A stretch of DNA of 42,705 nucleotides from Chrysochromulina tobinii (Eukaryota): positions 1 to 42,705 of the forward strand of contig JWZX01002967.1 of NCBI GenBank assembly GCA_001275005.1, read 5' to 3'. This document shows positions 19,019 to 28,919 of this stretch, piece after piece (position 1 is the first letter of the stretch; every line of letters begins with the position of its first letter). A program made the translations under genes and the position numbers. The notes below the pieces were generated by a model, which saw only the letters and a program-made list of their open reading frames with translations, did no database searches and was not told the DNA's origin.

Positions 19019-20581
19019 ATGTTCGCACATGTTCTCCTCCGACGCACGGTGCTCGGATCCACCGCCGTGCGGAGCTGCTCTGCTACAGCGCAATTGTATG
19101 CTGCCCGTCGCATGCTGTCCGACCAGCGGCTCGTTGCGGCCGTCCACGACGTAGGGCCGAAGGTTCGTTACACGGCACATGACGTCGGAGGCGTGCCCGA
19201 GCTCCTCGACGCTCCTCTGCCGGAAGAGAAGCCGATGCAACCGTGGGAGCTTGAATGCCATGCCCTCTTTGCCATCCTGTCCAAGGATGGCATACTGAAA
19301 ACTGACATGCTGCGTCGCGCTGTGGAGTCGCTGCCCCTGCACGCGCACGAGGAGTGGGGCTACTATGAGAGGTGGTCAGCTGCGATGGCGAATCTGCTTC
19401 GCGAGGAAGGGCACTTGCAGCCCGGTCAGCTTGAGGCGGAGCTCGTCGCCGACGATGACGGCGCCACGGAAGAGTCGCCACCACGTTTTGCGCCAGGCGA
19501 CGCCGTTTTGGTGCGCCGCGAGGAGCTCCGCCGCACGGCGTGGCGAGCCCCCCACCTTCGCACGCCGGGCTACATATTCGGCTGTCACGGGTTGATCGAG
19601 CGGCACTGCGGTGCGTTCGCTGATCCAAGCCTGCTTGCCTTTGGCGTGCGCCCCGTGGGCCAGCAGCATCTGTACCGCGTGCGATTCCGCCAGAGCGATC
19701 TGTGGCCAGAGCAGCTGGATGAGCTCGACGACACAGTGGATGTTGAGATTTATGAGTCTTGGCTGGAGCCCGTACCGGCGGAGGGGATGCACGAGAGGCC
19801 GCGCGAGACGGTGATGCGCCACCTGGATGGTGCGGCACCCCCCCACGCGTCCGGTGCGGACTGCGCCGGCGCGCCAGGCGCGCCAGGCGCAAAGCATGGC
19901 CACGTACACGCCCACGACGACGCCGACGGTCATGAGCACGAGCATGGGCACGATCACATGTCACGCACCGAGGCTGAGAGAGTGGCGATCGCCGCCGAGG
20001 GTGCGCCGCGGCCGGGCGAGCGCGTGCATGCGGCACTCGTGCGGATCTGCTTGCAGCGCGGTCTCGTCCATCGTGAGCGGTTGCGCGCCGTGATGAGCGC
20101 GATTGAGACTGCTGGGGTCGAGCTACACGGTGCGCGGCTCGTCGCGCGTGCGTGGGCAGATTCGGCCTTCCGCCAACGGCTGCTGGCCAACGGCAACGCT
20201 GCGGCACTCGAGCTTGGAATCGTCGCCTCCAATCCGAACGCGCCGACCGAGCTCTGTGTGGTTGCGAGCGACGCACACGTGCACAATCTCATCGTCTGCA
20301 CGCTCTGCAGCTGCTATCCGGCGGCGTTGCTTGGGCCGTCGCCGACCTGGTACAAGAGCCGCAGCTACCGCGCGCGGGCGGTGCGCCGGCCCCGCGAGCT
20401 GCTGCGCAACGAGTTCGGGCTCGAGGTGCCCGCGAACGTGGCACTGCGCGTGCACGACTCAACGGCCGACCTGCGCTACATGGTGCTGCCTGCTCGGCCT
20501 CCGGGCACCGAGGGCTGGTCGGAGGAGCAACTGCGCAACCTCGTCACGCGCGACGGGATGCTCGGCGTGGCCAAGGTTTGA
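19019..20581 (+). CDS. nthBA: Nitrile hydratase, fused beta-alpha subunits, cobalt-type, with His-rich linker
   Basis: Beta part: HDVGG, YYERW, HLRTPGYIFG, LYRVRF, VEIYESWLEP. Linker: HGHVHAHDDADGHEHEHGHDH. Alpha part: GARLVARAWAD, VCTLCSCYP (Co-type metal site, 20297..20317), WYKS, DSTADLRYMVLPARP, LVTRDGMLG. ATG at 19019. Confidence 0.96.
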   Translation: MFAHVLLRRTVLGSTAVRSCSATAQLYAARRMLSDQRLVAAVHDVGPKVRYTAHDVGGVPELLDAPLPEEKPMQPWELECHALFAILSKDGILKTDMLRRAVESLPLHAHEEWGYYERWSAAMANLLREEGHLQPGQLEAELVADDDGATEESPPRFAPGDAVLVRREELRRTAWRAPHLRTPGYIFGCHGLIERHCGAFADPSLLAFGVRPVGQQHLYRVRFRQSDLWPEQLDELDDTVDVEIYESWLEPVPAEGMHERPRETVMRHLDGAAPPHASGADCAGAPGAPGAKHGHVHAHDDADGHEHEHGHDHMSRTEAERVAIAAEGAPRPGERVHAALVRICLQRGLVHRERLRAVMSAIETAGVELHGARLVARAWADSAFRQRLLANGNAAALELGIVASNPNAPTELCVVASDAHVHNLIVCTLCSCYPAALLGPSPTWYKSRSYRARAVRRPRELLRNEFGLEVPANVALRVHDSTADLRYMVLPARPPGTEGWSEEQLRNLVTRDGMLGVAKV

Positions 20582-21022
20582 GGAGTGAGCGAAATGATGG
20601 CGCTTCAGATGTCAATTTGTCGATGTTTCGCCGCGGGCCCCGGTGTGTTGTGCCATAGCGGTGCCAGTGGGCCTCAGAGCGCCCACTGTGTGTGTTACCA
20701 TTTTCTTCCATCCGAGCACGTTCGACGTTGTTCGTTTTTTTGGAACCTGTCTTAGGCAAATCGACGTACGACGACACGAAAGGGCAAAATGTGTCCGTGG
20801 CAGTGAAATCTGGCGAAATTACATAATGAAGCTACAACATATAGGTTCTTGCAGACCATGGCATACGTGCCAAGATCGGTTGGACGTGCATGCATGATTC
20901 AAAAGCATGCGGAGTCGACCTTCGTAAACGTGTCAGGTGACGACGTTTTATCTCGCGAACGCGCCCCAATCCGCGCGTATCCGCCCGTGGTCGGCTAGGA
21001 GTCGACCAACACCAGTCCGCCA

Positions 21023-23710
21023 ATGTCCCGCCAAGCCGCGGCGTCCGACGACGCGGCGGAAGAAGAGCGCCCCTTGTTGTCCCGCCAAGCCGCGGCGTCG
21101 ACCGACGACGCGGCGGAAGAAGAGCGGCGCCGTATCGCGGGCATCTTGTTGCAGGCGCGCGTCGAGGACCCAAACCCGATCATTCGGCTTCTGATGGAGT
21201 CACACATCACAGCAGCAGACCTTACCAGTGTGGACGATGTTCGCGCGGAGGCGATGCTCCAGAAAGCTGGCGTAGTCATCGGTGACTGCCACAAGATCAT
21301 GCGCATACTGCGCGGGTTCCATCATGGCCAGATTCAGAGCCCGCGCACGAGCGCCGCGGCCGGCATCTCGGCACTCTGCGATAGCCTGTGCTGCTGCTGC
21401 ATCGCCATGCCCAAGTGTCTGTGCTCAGCATGTTCTCGCAGCGCGTCAGGTTCGGCCGCCGCGGTGAGCCCGGCGCGGCCGACCATCAAATACATGCTCA
21501 TCGTGTACTCGACGACGGTACTCATCGTCGCACTCGCCGCGCTCAGCTTCTTCCTGCCGGCGGTGCTCTTTCAGGTGCGTAGCAACCACCTACGGATCGG
21601 TGGGCGCAAGGTAGAGCCAGCGCAGGCGAACTTTGTCATGCCACACGTCGGCCGTACGCTCTACGGCGGCAGTACGAGCGGCGGCGACGCGCGCGGTTGG
21701 GGCAGCGCCGCCGCGCGCTCCGCGCGCCACGGCGAGGTGATGATGGTGACGGCGAACCAGCCCCTGCCGTGCACGACACGGCGCGGCGACTGGATCATGG
21801 AGCTGGCGCTGCGCAACAAGCTCATGTACGCGACGCTACACGACTACAAGACGTGGTGGTCGACGGAGCTCGTGTCGGCATGGGACCTCGAGGCGGCGTG
21901 GAATAAGATCCCGCTGCTCTACATCCTGATGCACTCCGAGTCGCCGGTGACGCAGGGCATCGAGTGGCTTCTATGGATGGATGACGACGCCATCTTCACC
22001 GATATGAACTTCACGTTTCCTTTCGACGACTACGATGCACAGGGCATCAACCTCGTCATCTGGGGCGATCCGCAGCGCGTCTTCCGCGCGAACGACATCC
22101 AGGGCCTCAACACGGGCGTCTTCCTGCTGCGCAAGTGCGAATGGTCACGCCAGTTGATGGCCGAGGTGGCCGCGCTCGCCACACCCTCGATCCGGCGCCA
22201 GATTGGCAACAAGGGGCGCATCGCCGAGCAGGGCGCGCTCACGTGGGTGCTCCACTCGCAGAGTGCCAAGTGGAAGGACAGGGTGCAGCTCGAGCGCAAT
22301 TTCACCATGAACGGCAACTGGATGGATTACGCAGGGAAGTGGGTCAAGGGCCAAAAGACGCTGGTCGCGCCCGTTTGGGGCAACGACAAGATCCCCTTCG
22401 TCGTGCAGTACGCGGGCTGCCAAATGTGTCGTGGCCACTCGGAGAATGGCTCGTGGCACGACCAGGGCGTGCGCAAGTGCCATTCGGCCTTCCTCGAGGC
22501 GTATACATTTGGAGACGACCAGGTGCTCTCATCCATCGGGCTGCGCCACCTGTCGATGGAGACGCACCTCGTGCGCGCGAACGAGGGCACCGAGCTGTAC
22601 CAGCGCCATCTGCGCATGACGCGCTGCCTGCCGCGCTTCCTGGTCATCGGTACCCAAAAGGGCGGCACCTCGTCCTTCCACTGGCTGCTCAAGGAGGGCT
22701 GGCACCAGGGAGTGCAGGTCAACAACGGCGAGAAGGAGATCCACTACTTTAGCTGGGACGACAACTTCCGCAAGGGGCCGCTCGAGTATCAGAAGCGGTT
22801 CGACGGCAGCGGCGAGCGGCTCGGCGAGTGTACTGGGGAGCGAGTGCGCGGCGAGGTGTCGGCGACTTACCTTGACTATCCAAAAGCGGCAGAGCGCGCC
22901 GCTCAGCTCCTGCCAGGCGCGAAGATCGTGATGCTCCTACGAGAGCCAGTCTCGCGCCTCGTCTCGTCCTTCAACATGAAGTGGCAGGTCGAGATCTGCG
23001 GCAAGCTCACGTGGACGCGCTCCGACTGCTACAACGGCATCACCTCGGTGCGCCTCATTAACGAGAACTCGGTCGCCTCCAAGCAGCGTCTCGCCGCGCT
23101 CGCCGTGTGGAATAAGTGTAACGTCGAGAAGAAGCGACTCGACACCGATTGTCTACGCAACGACTTCGTGGCGAAGCTGACCGAGAGGATCGACGCAGAG
23201 GTGGCGCGGCTTGACGGGTGTGCGCGCTCCAACCACGACGACATCGTCTCGTGCCTCGGGCTGACCGCCCTCGAGCAGGCGCACCTGTACGCGGAGATGG
23301 AGGACAGGAACTTCATCTGGCGCTCGATGTACGTGGACCACGTGCAGCGCTGGCTCAAGGTGTACCCACCTGAGGCGATGCTCATCGTGCCCTCCGAGGC
23401 GCTCAAAGAGGCGGAGTCGTTCAAGAAGGTCATGGGGCACTTTGCTGGGCTGCTCGGGCTGCCGCGCGCGGGCCCGCAGGTCAATAACGAACTCATCGAT
23501 AAGGCATCGCCCGCCTCAGCTGACGGCAAGGTGCACGAGAATGGGCGCTCGTACGTAGGCGAGGCGCCCGCGGACCTGACGATCCGGCTGAACAAGATCT
23601 TCTGCCCCAAGAACCAGGAGCTCGCGCAGCTGCTGCTTGACAAGAAGATGATTGGCAAGGTGGACGAGTTCCCCTGGCTCGCGACCGCACTCAAGCGGGA
23701 CGTGTGCTAA
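21023..23710 (+). CDS. GT34 glycosyltransferase (plant XXT/GMGT-like) fused to a PAPS-dependent sulfotransferase; type II membrane protein
   Basis: One uninterrupted 895-aa ORF. TM segment MLIVYSTTVLIVALAALSFFL. GT34 motifs: VTANQPLPC..RGD, NKLMYA, WNKIPL, WLLWMDDDAIFTD, GLNTGVFLLR.CEWS, EQGAL, FGDDQVL. Sulfotransferase motifs: PRFLVIGTQKGGTSS (5'-PSB), KEIHYF, LLREPVSRLVSSF (3'-PB), MYVDHVQRWLKVYP. Confidence 0.92.
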   Translation: MSRQAAASDDAAEEERPLLSRQAAASTDDAAEEERRRIAGILLQARVEDPNPIIRLLMESHITAADLTSVDDVRAEAMLQKAGVVIGDCHKIMRILRGFHHGQIQSPRTSAAAGISALCDSLCCCCIAMPKCLCSACSRSASGSAAAVSPARPTIKYMLIVYSTTVLIVALAALSFFLPAVLFQVRSNHLRIGGRKVEPAQANFVMPHVGRTLYGGSTSGGDARGWGSAAARSARHGEVMMVTANQPLPCTTRRGDWIMELALRNKLMYATLHDYKTWWSTELVSAWDLEAAWNKIPLLYILMHSESPVTQGIEWLLWMDDDAIFTDMNFTFPFDDYDAQGINLVIWGDPQRVFRANDIQGLNTGVFLLRKCEWSRQLMAEVAALATPSIRRQIGNKGRIAEQGALTWVLHSQSAKWKDRVQLERNFTMNGNWMDYAGKWVKGQKTLVAPVWGNDKIPFVVQYAGCQMCRGHSENGSWHDQGVRKCHSAFLEAYTFGDDQVLSSIGLRHLSMETHLVRANEGTELYQRHLRMTRCLPRFLVIGTQKGGTSSFHWLLKEGWHQGVQVNNGEKEIHYFSWDDNFRKGPLEYQKRFDGSGERLGECTGERVRGEVSATYLDYPKAAERAAQLLPGAKIVMLLREPVSRLVSSFNMKWQVEICGKLTWTRSDCYNGITSVRLINENSVASKQRLAALAVWNKCNVEKKRLDTDCLRNDFVAKLTERIDAEVARLDGCARSNHDDIVSCLGLTALEQAHLYAEMEDRNFIWRSMYVDHVQRWLKVYPPEAMLIVPSEALKEAESFKKVMGHFAGLLGLPRAGPQVNNELIDKASPASADGKVHENGRSYVGEAPADLTIRLNKIFCPKNQELAQLLLDKKMIGKVDEFPWLATALKRDVC
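21024..21126 (+). repeat. Two-copy coding direct repeat (period 54 bp; SRQAAAS(T)DDAAEEER)
   Basis: tgtcccgccaagccgcggcgtc...gacgacgcggcggaagaagagcg at 21024 and 21078. Confidence 0.9.
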
Positions 23711-23967
23711 CCGCTGAGCAGTATCTTTTCCCGGCCACTGTGCGCTGGTGCGTGGCGTGTCTACATTGTTCTACAAGCACAAGCTCAGATCTACACACGT
23801 GCGCTTTCAACGCCGCCAGCGCGCGCATGCTCCGTTTCTCATATGGGGTCGTGTACCGGGTAAGGTGTGTGAATTCTGAGCTGGCAGTTCCCCCTTCATC
23901 AAGGGATCTAATTTTGTAATTAGCCCGTCCGGTCTGCCGACGGTGATTCTTTCCAAGGATTCGGACA

Positions 23968-25054
23968 ATGGTGCTGTACTGGTCGCTTCTTTGGCCGTCG
24001 GCAATTGCGGTGGCCTCGGCGTCAAGGGCGGTGGCGTCGAGGGCGGTGGCACCGGCGGTGCCCTTTTTGATCCACAGATCAGCAGCAGTATCGCCGCCGC
24101 CGAGGTTGGCGGGAGCGGTCTCCAAACGTGAGGTGGTGCTCGACGACGCCAACCTGCAAGGCGTCACCATCTACGGAGCTGGCAGCTTCGAGACCGCGGA
24201 TGAGCTCGAGGCGAAACTCTTCGAGATGGGTGTCGATGTGGCATCCTGGGGCGACGGGAAGGCAAAAACGTGCGCACGCGTGCCGACCCCAGGCAGCAGT
24301 GCACTGCTCCCATCCCCGCGCACCCTGCACCCCCGACTCATTCTGCAATTCGTCGCTCGTGCGCAGGTGCAAGGCTTTGTTCACGGAGCTGGAGCTGGGC
24401 GAGTCGGTGCTGAGGTATACCGAGAGCGACGGCGTCGTGCTGCGCGAGGTACGTGTCGTCAAGGTGCGCATCCAGAGGCCCGATGCCCCCAACGAATCGC
24501 TCGTGGAGGCGCGACAGATCTTTGCCGACGGGCGCGAGCGCGCACGGGGCACGCCGCTGAGCGAGAAGGTGCTGCTGTGGGAGGGTCCGGTTGCTGCAGC
24601 CCGGCGCGGCGTGCTCGAGGAGCTCGGGCCTGCCCTCGGCCCACGCGCTTCATCAATCCTCATCGACGACGCCTCACTGACAGCGTGGGAGGAGACGCGA
24701 CAGAGCTCCTCGTCGTACCCAACCCTGGCGACGCGCTATCTGCTGCACCAGGTGGACGCGCTCGTCGCCGGCCTGCCCTCGACGGCTTTCTCCACGCTCG
24801 AGAAATGCGCCCTCACCGCCGCCGCTGCCGCCGCCGCCGGCTACAATGCCAGAGCGCTCCGCCGCCGCCATCGGCGGCTCGTCGCGTCAGCGGCACTAAC
24901 GCCCAAGCGGGTGCTCAGCGCGAGCGGGCGCCCCCTCGAGCTGCCGTGCGACCTGCGCCACGTGTGGGAATGGTGGCCCATCGAGGAGTGTGTAGCAGCG
25001 GCGGCACAAGTGCGGGCGGCTGCTTCTGTACCGCCGACCGTGGCGGCAGCGTGA
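23968..25054 (+). CDS. Nudix-fold-like protein with bipartite (plastid-type) presequence; exons 23968..24269 and 24367..25054
   Basis: A phase-2 GT-AG intron at 24270..24366 restores WGDGKAKT|CKALFTELELGES. Degenerate Nudix box SEKVLLWEGPVAAARRGVLEELG. Hydrophobic signal followed by an Ala/Ser/Arg-rich transit-like region. Confidence 0.7.
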
Positions 25055-25197
25055 AAGCGCCTTTTGCCGCATAACGTACTTTCCAGCCAAGGTGCTTGCT
25101 GCTTGGCCATTTCGCATTTGCACAGTCTGCGCCATCCACCGGCCCACCCATGGCGACCATACAGGTTACTCTGCATACATAACGTACATGGGTTTGC

Positions 25198-27411
25198 ATG
25201 CCATTTGCACACCGCATGCGTGTGGGGCATGGGCGCATGCCGCGATCCCGCATTCGTCAGTGTTTCAACTTCAAACGTTCAATAGAATTCCGCAACTCTT
25301 TTATGTCCCGCATGCGCCGGGGCAGGCGCGGCCGCAAGCAGCGCGAGAGATGGGAGTTCAATTCGAGCGTTTCGGGGCAAGGGCTCTTGCACGTTGGCAA
25401 TGCCACGCTCGAGAGCACGCTCTATGAGTGGCTCGAGGCGAGGCATCGTGCGCCATGCACCTTGGACACGCCAATCTGGTTTGCGCCCTTCTCGCCAAAT
25501 GGCATCGGCAACAAGCTGATGGGAATGGTCATGGCCTTCCACATGGCGCTCTCCGAGAAGCGCACCCTCATCGTCACCGACTGGCCGCCTTCGACGCTGA
25601 AGACGAACTATGCGCTCAACGATATCATGCATCCCTCCTCTTGCCAAGCGCTATTTGATGCGGATGCGTCGCGCCCCACCGTGCGCAAGTGCACCGTCGA
25701 AGCATGCCCGCTGAACACCGCCTCGCGCTTCCGCCACGGGTACACGCAGATGCACTGGGCGCACCAGTCGAACGCGTTCCTCGACGTGCCGCGCCGGTGG
25801 GCGGAGCGTGGGCTCAGCTGGCTCGAGTGGTGGCGAGCGCTCACGCAGTACCTCTTTCAGCCGAGCATGAAGCTGCTCGACGGCCTCGCGGCGACGCTCC
25901 AGCGCACGACCCTCCTTCGTTCCCCGCCAGCGCCTGGCGCGACTGCTGCGCCCGACGACCGTTTGCTCCTGCAGGCACCGCCAGTCGCGCGCGGGCAGAC
26001 AGAGGTGCGCCGTGGCTTCGCTTTGCGGTTTGCCGAAGGGGTTGCTCGGTGGGGAGAGGTGCGTCGCCCGCTCATCGGCTTGCATGTGCGCATGGGCGAT
26101 GGGTGCGGCGACGACAAGCGCGGCGGGTGCAAGTACGTGGCGTCCTTCTCGATGGCGGTGCGCAGGCTGCGCGAGGCGGGGCTTCACACGGGGACTCTCT
26201 TCTTAGCCACCGACCGCGAGGCGGTTGCCAAGGAGGCTGTGGCGGCGGGTGCAGCGGGCTTTGACGTGCTTGCGCTTGCGCAGGACCGGGCAGCAGTCGA
26301 GCGCTCGCATCTGCTCGGGATCCGCCGGCATGAGGGGGATGAGCTGCTCCACTTACAACTGCTCGACCTCGGGTTGCTCTCGCAAACAGATTTGCTCGCG
26401 GGCGTCTTCGCGTCTACCTTCGTCAAGTCAGCATTACAGCTCGGGCATGCACGCGCGTACATCACTCTGGACACCTTCCCGTGGTGCCCTCTGCTACGCT
26501 GCTACTGGGGATGGCGCGACCTATGCCACAATTGTGAGCTCTGCTTCAACCAGGCGGGAGGCGGAGAGGCGTGTGGGCGAGGAATGAGCGGAGGCTACCA
26601 TACAGCACGCGGGCTGCGTCACGCGCTGCGCGACGGCCGACCCGCGCGTACGCCCTTTCGGCGGTACATGGCGCAGGTGGACGCTGCGACGCGCTGCAAG
26701 TCCTTTGCCGACCACCCGCTCTCCACCAGCCTGTACGATTCGCCTGTCATGTGCGAGTACGCGACCAAAAAGTGCGACTTCGCGCCGCACTTGCCAGCGC
26801 AGCCGGGCGGAGGGCCACCCGTGGAGGTGAGGCATCGTGATGCATCCTGCGCCTTCCGCCGCTTTGTTGGTGTGGACAACGCGGCGCACGGGCGCCTCAA
26901 GCCCTCGTACGGCTACGGCATTGCGGCGGTGGGCGTCCTACCCTCGCTCGACGATTGCGAGGCACGCTGCTGCGCGGACTTGATGTGCCACAGTGTCGTC
27001 TGGCTCGCGCCGACGCGCTCATGCATTGCGCTCCTCACCATCGCGCACGGAGCGCGCCGCGACGACTTTTGCTGGCGGCCGACGCTCGCCGCCGGCGCCA
27101 CCACGTCGGTGCGCCTGCCGGGTGCGTGGCAGTCGCGAGCAGTCGATGAAGCGGCACGCGTGCTGGCCGCGACGAGTTTCGTACGCACGGGGGATGGCAC
27201 CGGGCCGCGGGTGTTCCACAAGCACGGCGCGTGGCGCACGCCCGCCGGCCACGAGCATCCGCTCGAGCGCTCGATAGACGCCGTGGCGTGCGGCAGGAGC
27301 GACGCGCCAAGCGGCGCGCTCCAAGTGTCTGACCTGCTCATCGGCGCCATCCCGCAGGGTGACCCGCGCCCAGGTAAGCCCCAGGGCCGACGCATTAGTT
27401 GCCCGGCTTGA
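25198..27411 (+). CDS. GT23-like (alpha-1,6-fucosyltransferase/NodZ-type) protein with Cys-rich PAN/apple-like C-terminal module (start uncertain)
   Basis: GIGNKL, IGLHVRMGD (GDP-Fuc motif I), LFLATD (motif II) and LLDLGLLSQTDLLAGVFASTF (motif III). Later LDDCEARCCADLMCHSVVW...SC is PAN-like. Confidence 0.8.
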   Translation: MPFAHRMRVGHGRMPRSRIRQCFNFKRSIEFRNSFMSRMRRGRRGRKQRERWEFNSSVSGQGLLHVGNATLESTLYEWLEARHRAPCTLDTPIWFAPFSPNGIGNKLMGMVMAFHMALSEKRTLIVTDWPPSTLKTNYALNDIMHPSSCQALFDADASRPTVRKCTVEACPLNTASRFRHGYTQMHWAHQSNAFLDVPRRWAERGLSWLEWWRALTQYLFQPSMKLLDGLAATLQRTTLLRSPPAPGATAAPDDRLLLQAPPVARGQTEVRRGFALRFAEGVARWGEVRRPLIGLHVRMGDGCGDDKRGGCKYVASFSMAVRRLREAGLHTGTLFLATDREAVAKEAVAAGAAGFDVLALAQDRAAVERSHLLGIRRHEGDELLHLQLLDLGLLSQTDLLAGVFASTFVKSALQLGHARAYITLDTFPWCPLLRCYWGWRDLCHNCELCFNQAGGGEACGRGMSGGYHTARGLRHALRDGRPARTPFRRYMAQVDAATRCKSFADHPLSTSLYDSPVMCEYATKKCDFAPHLPAQPGGGPPVEVRHRDASCAFRRFVGVDNAAHGRLKPSYGYGIAAVGVLPSLDDCEARCCADLMCHSVVWLAPTRSCIALLTIAHGARRDDFCWRPTLAAGATTSVRLPGAWQSRAVDEAARVLAATSFVRTGDGTGPRVFHKHGAWRTPAGHEHPLERSIDAVACGRSDAPSGALQVSDLLIGAIPQGDPRPGKPQGRRISCPA

Positions 27412-28007
27412 AAATCAAGGGGCTTTGCGCTGCGCACCCCCGAACACAAGTAGGAAACAGAAGCCCCACTCGGCACAGTGCGTACCGTCCAGCGATCAGC
27501 CCGTGGTGTACGGCGTATCTCGAACAAAGATCGTAACGAAGCCGCGGTATCGAGAAGGCGCGAGCGAGGACCATGCTTGGCGAGGACCCGCAGCCGGAGC
27601 CGCGCTCGGGACAAAGGGTCGAGGATCGCGGGATGTTGGATCGCCGGCACAGTCGGACAGTCATCTCGTCTATGTGCCGATGGGCCATGCGGCCAGAGGC
27701 TAGGCGATGAGCGCCCGCGTGCGCCGTGGCGCCGAGTCGGGCTGCCCCGGGCCGGTGTGCGGTGACGGACCGCGCCGTGACCGTAACAACCGAACGAGTG
27801 TCGAGTGGTATCCATTTCTGCCGACGCGGATAATCGGTATGATTTTCTACGAAAATGGTTCTGCGGTAATGATTTCGGTAAGCCGTAACGATTCATATGC
27901 CGTCTCCGCTCTCCAGGGGCGGGGCCGCCCGTCGCCGTGCCGGTGCCGCGCTCATCCCACCGCCTAGACATCTCCTCTCTCGCTCATGCTCGTCGTCCGC
28001 GAACCTC

Positions 28008-28814
28008 TCACTCGCTGCTCGTAGCCTTCTCGGCCGATGCAGCGGCATGGGCGGCATAGCGCAGCAGGCTCGATGTGGTCACAGTCAGGCTCACAGAGAC
28101 TCCCCAACCGAGCTTGATCACGGGCAGCGCGAACCCGATGTGCGCAGACGAGGTGAGCATCGGGTCGAGGTCCTCGCCTCCCGCGAGGGCCTGCCACGCG
28201 CATGCACGCCGCTCGAGACGCGCGAGCAGCGTGGCAAAGACCTTCCCGGCCCTGCCATGCTCGCCCATAGTGTTCGAGGCCTCCTCGGCCGAGAGAACAT
28301 CCGAGACACAGGCGAGCGCATCGGCCAACTTGGGCCCATCGACACGGACTGAGCACGACTCCGTGAAGTACGCGACGTTTTGCGACATGTTGATGGTGCC
28401 CGTGTAACCTCGCGCGCGGAAGATACGCACGGCATCGCGCACCAGCACCTGCACATGAGAGTACTGTTGGTCTGCTTCCGCCTCGGCGGCCTGCTCCTCC
28501 GTAGTCTTGGGACCGCCGCGCAGGCGAACGACCACGCCGCGGGTCAGATCTCCGAAGACGTAGCCATCGGGCCCATTTTCGCGACCGGCCGACTCGCGCC
28601 AGCTTTTGGCATTTGCTGTCGGTGCATCCTCTGCCTTGCCATCCGCCATCGCAGCATTAGCATCTGCCTCAGTGCCCTTGGCATCCTCAGTCCTCTCCTC
28701 AAGCGCCTCCGCGCCTGGATCACCGGCCTCCGTCTCGCTCTTCTTCGCTCCCGGGCGAATGTACGCGTAAGCCGCCCCGGCGACCCCCACAACCACGGGC
28801 GCGGCGAGGAGCAT
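28008..28814 (-). CDS. Hypothetical protein with N-terminal membrane anchor
   Basis: ATG ORF of 268 aa. Hydrophobic MLLAAPVVVGVAGAAYAYI followed by a basic RPGAKK, an acidic linker, a YVFGDLTR motif and a globular-looking C-terminus. Confidence 0.65.
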   Translation of the reverse strand: MLLAAPVVVGVAGAAYAYIRPGAKKSETEAGDPGAEALEERTEDAKGTEADANAAMADGKAEDAPTANAKSWRESAGRENGPDGYVFGDLTRGVVVRLRGGPKTTEEQAAEAEADQQYSHVQVLVRDAVRIFRARGYTGTINMSQNVAYFTESCSVRVDGPKLADALACVSDVLSAEEASNTMGEHGRAGKVFATLLARLERRACAWQALAGGEDLDPMLTSSAHIGFALPVIKLGWGVSVSLTVTTSSLLRYAAHAAASAEKATSSE

Positions 28815-28919
28815 AGAATCCTAGATTTCCGTCCACTTCAAACTTCGTCAACAGTGATCACGAATTTGACACGAGGCACCGAATTCAGTCCGACACCCAC
28901 CACCGAGATGTACCAGCAT

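Noticed and set aside
19019..20581. Nitrile hydratase as bacterial contamination or a novel fusion
   Set aside because: It is flanked by intron-containing eukaryotic genes of similar composition, and beta-alpha fusions with His linkers are already known in eukaryotes.
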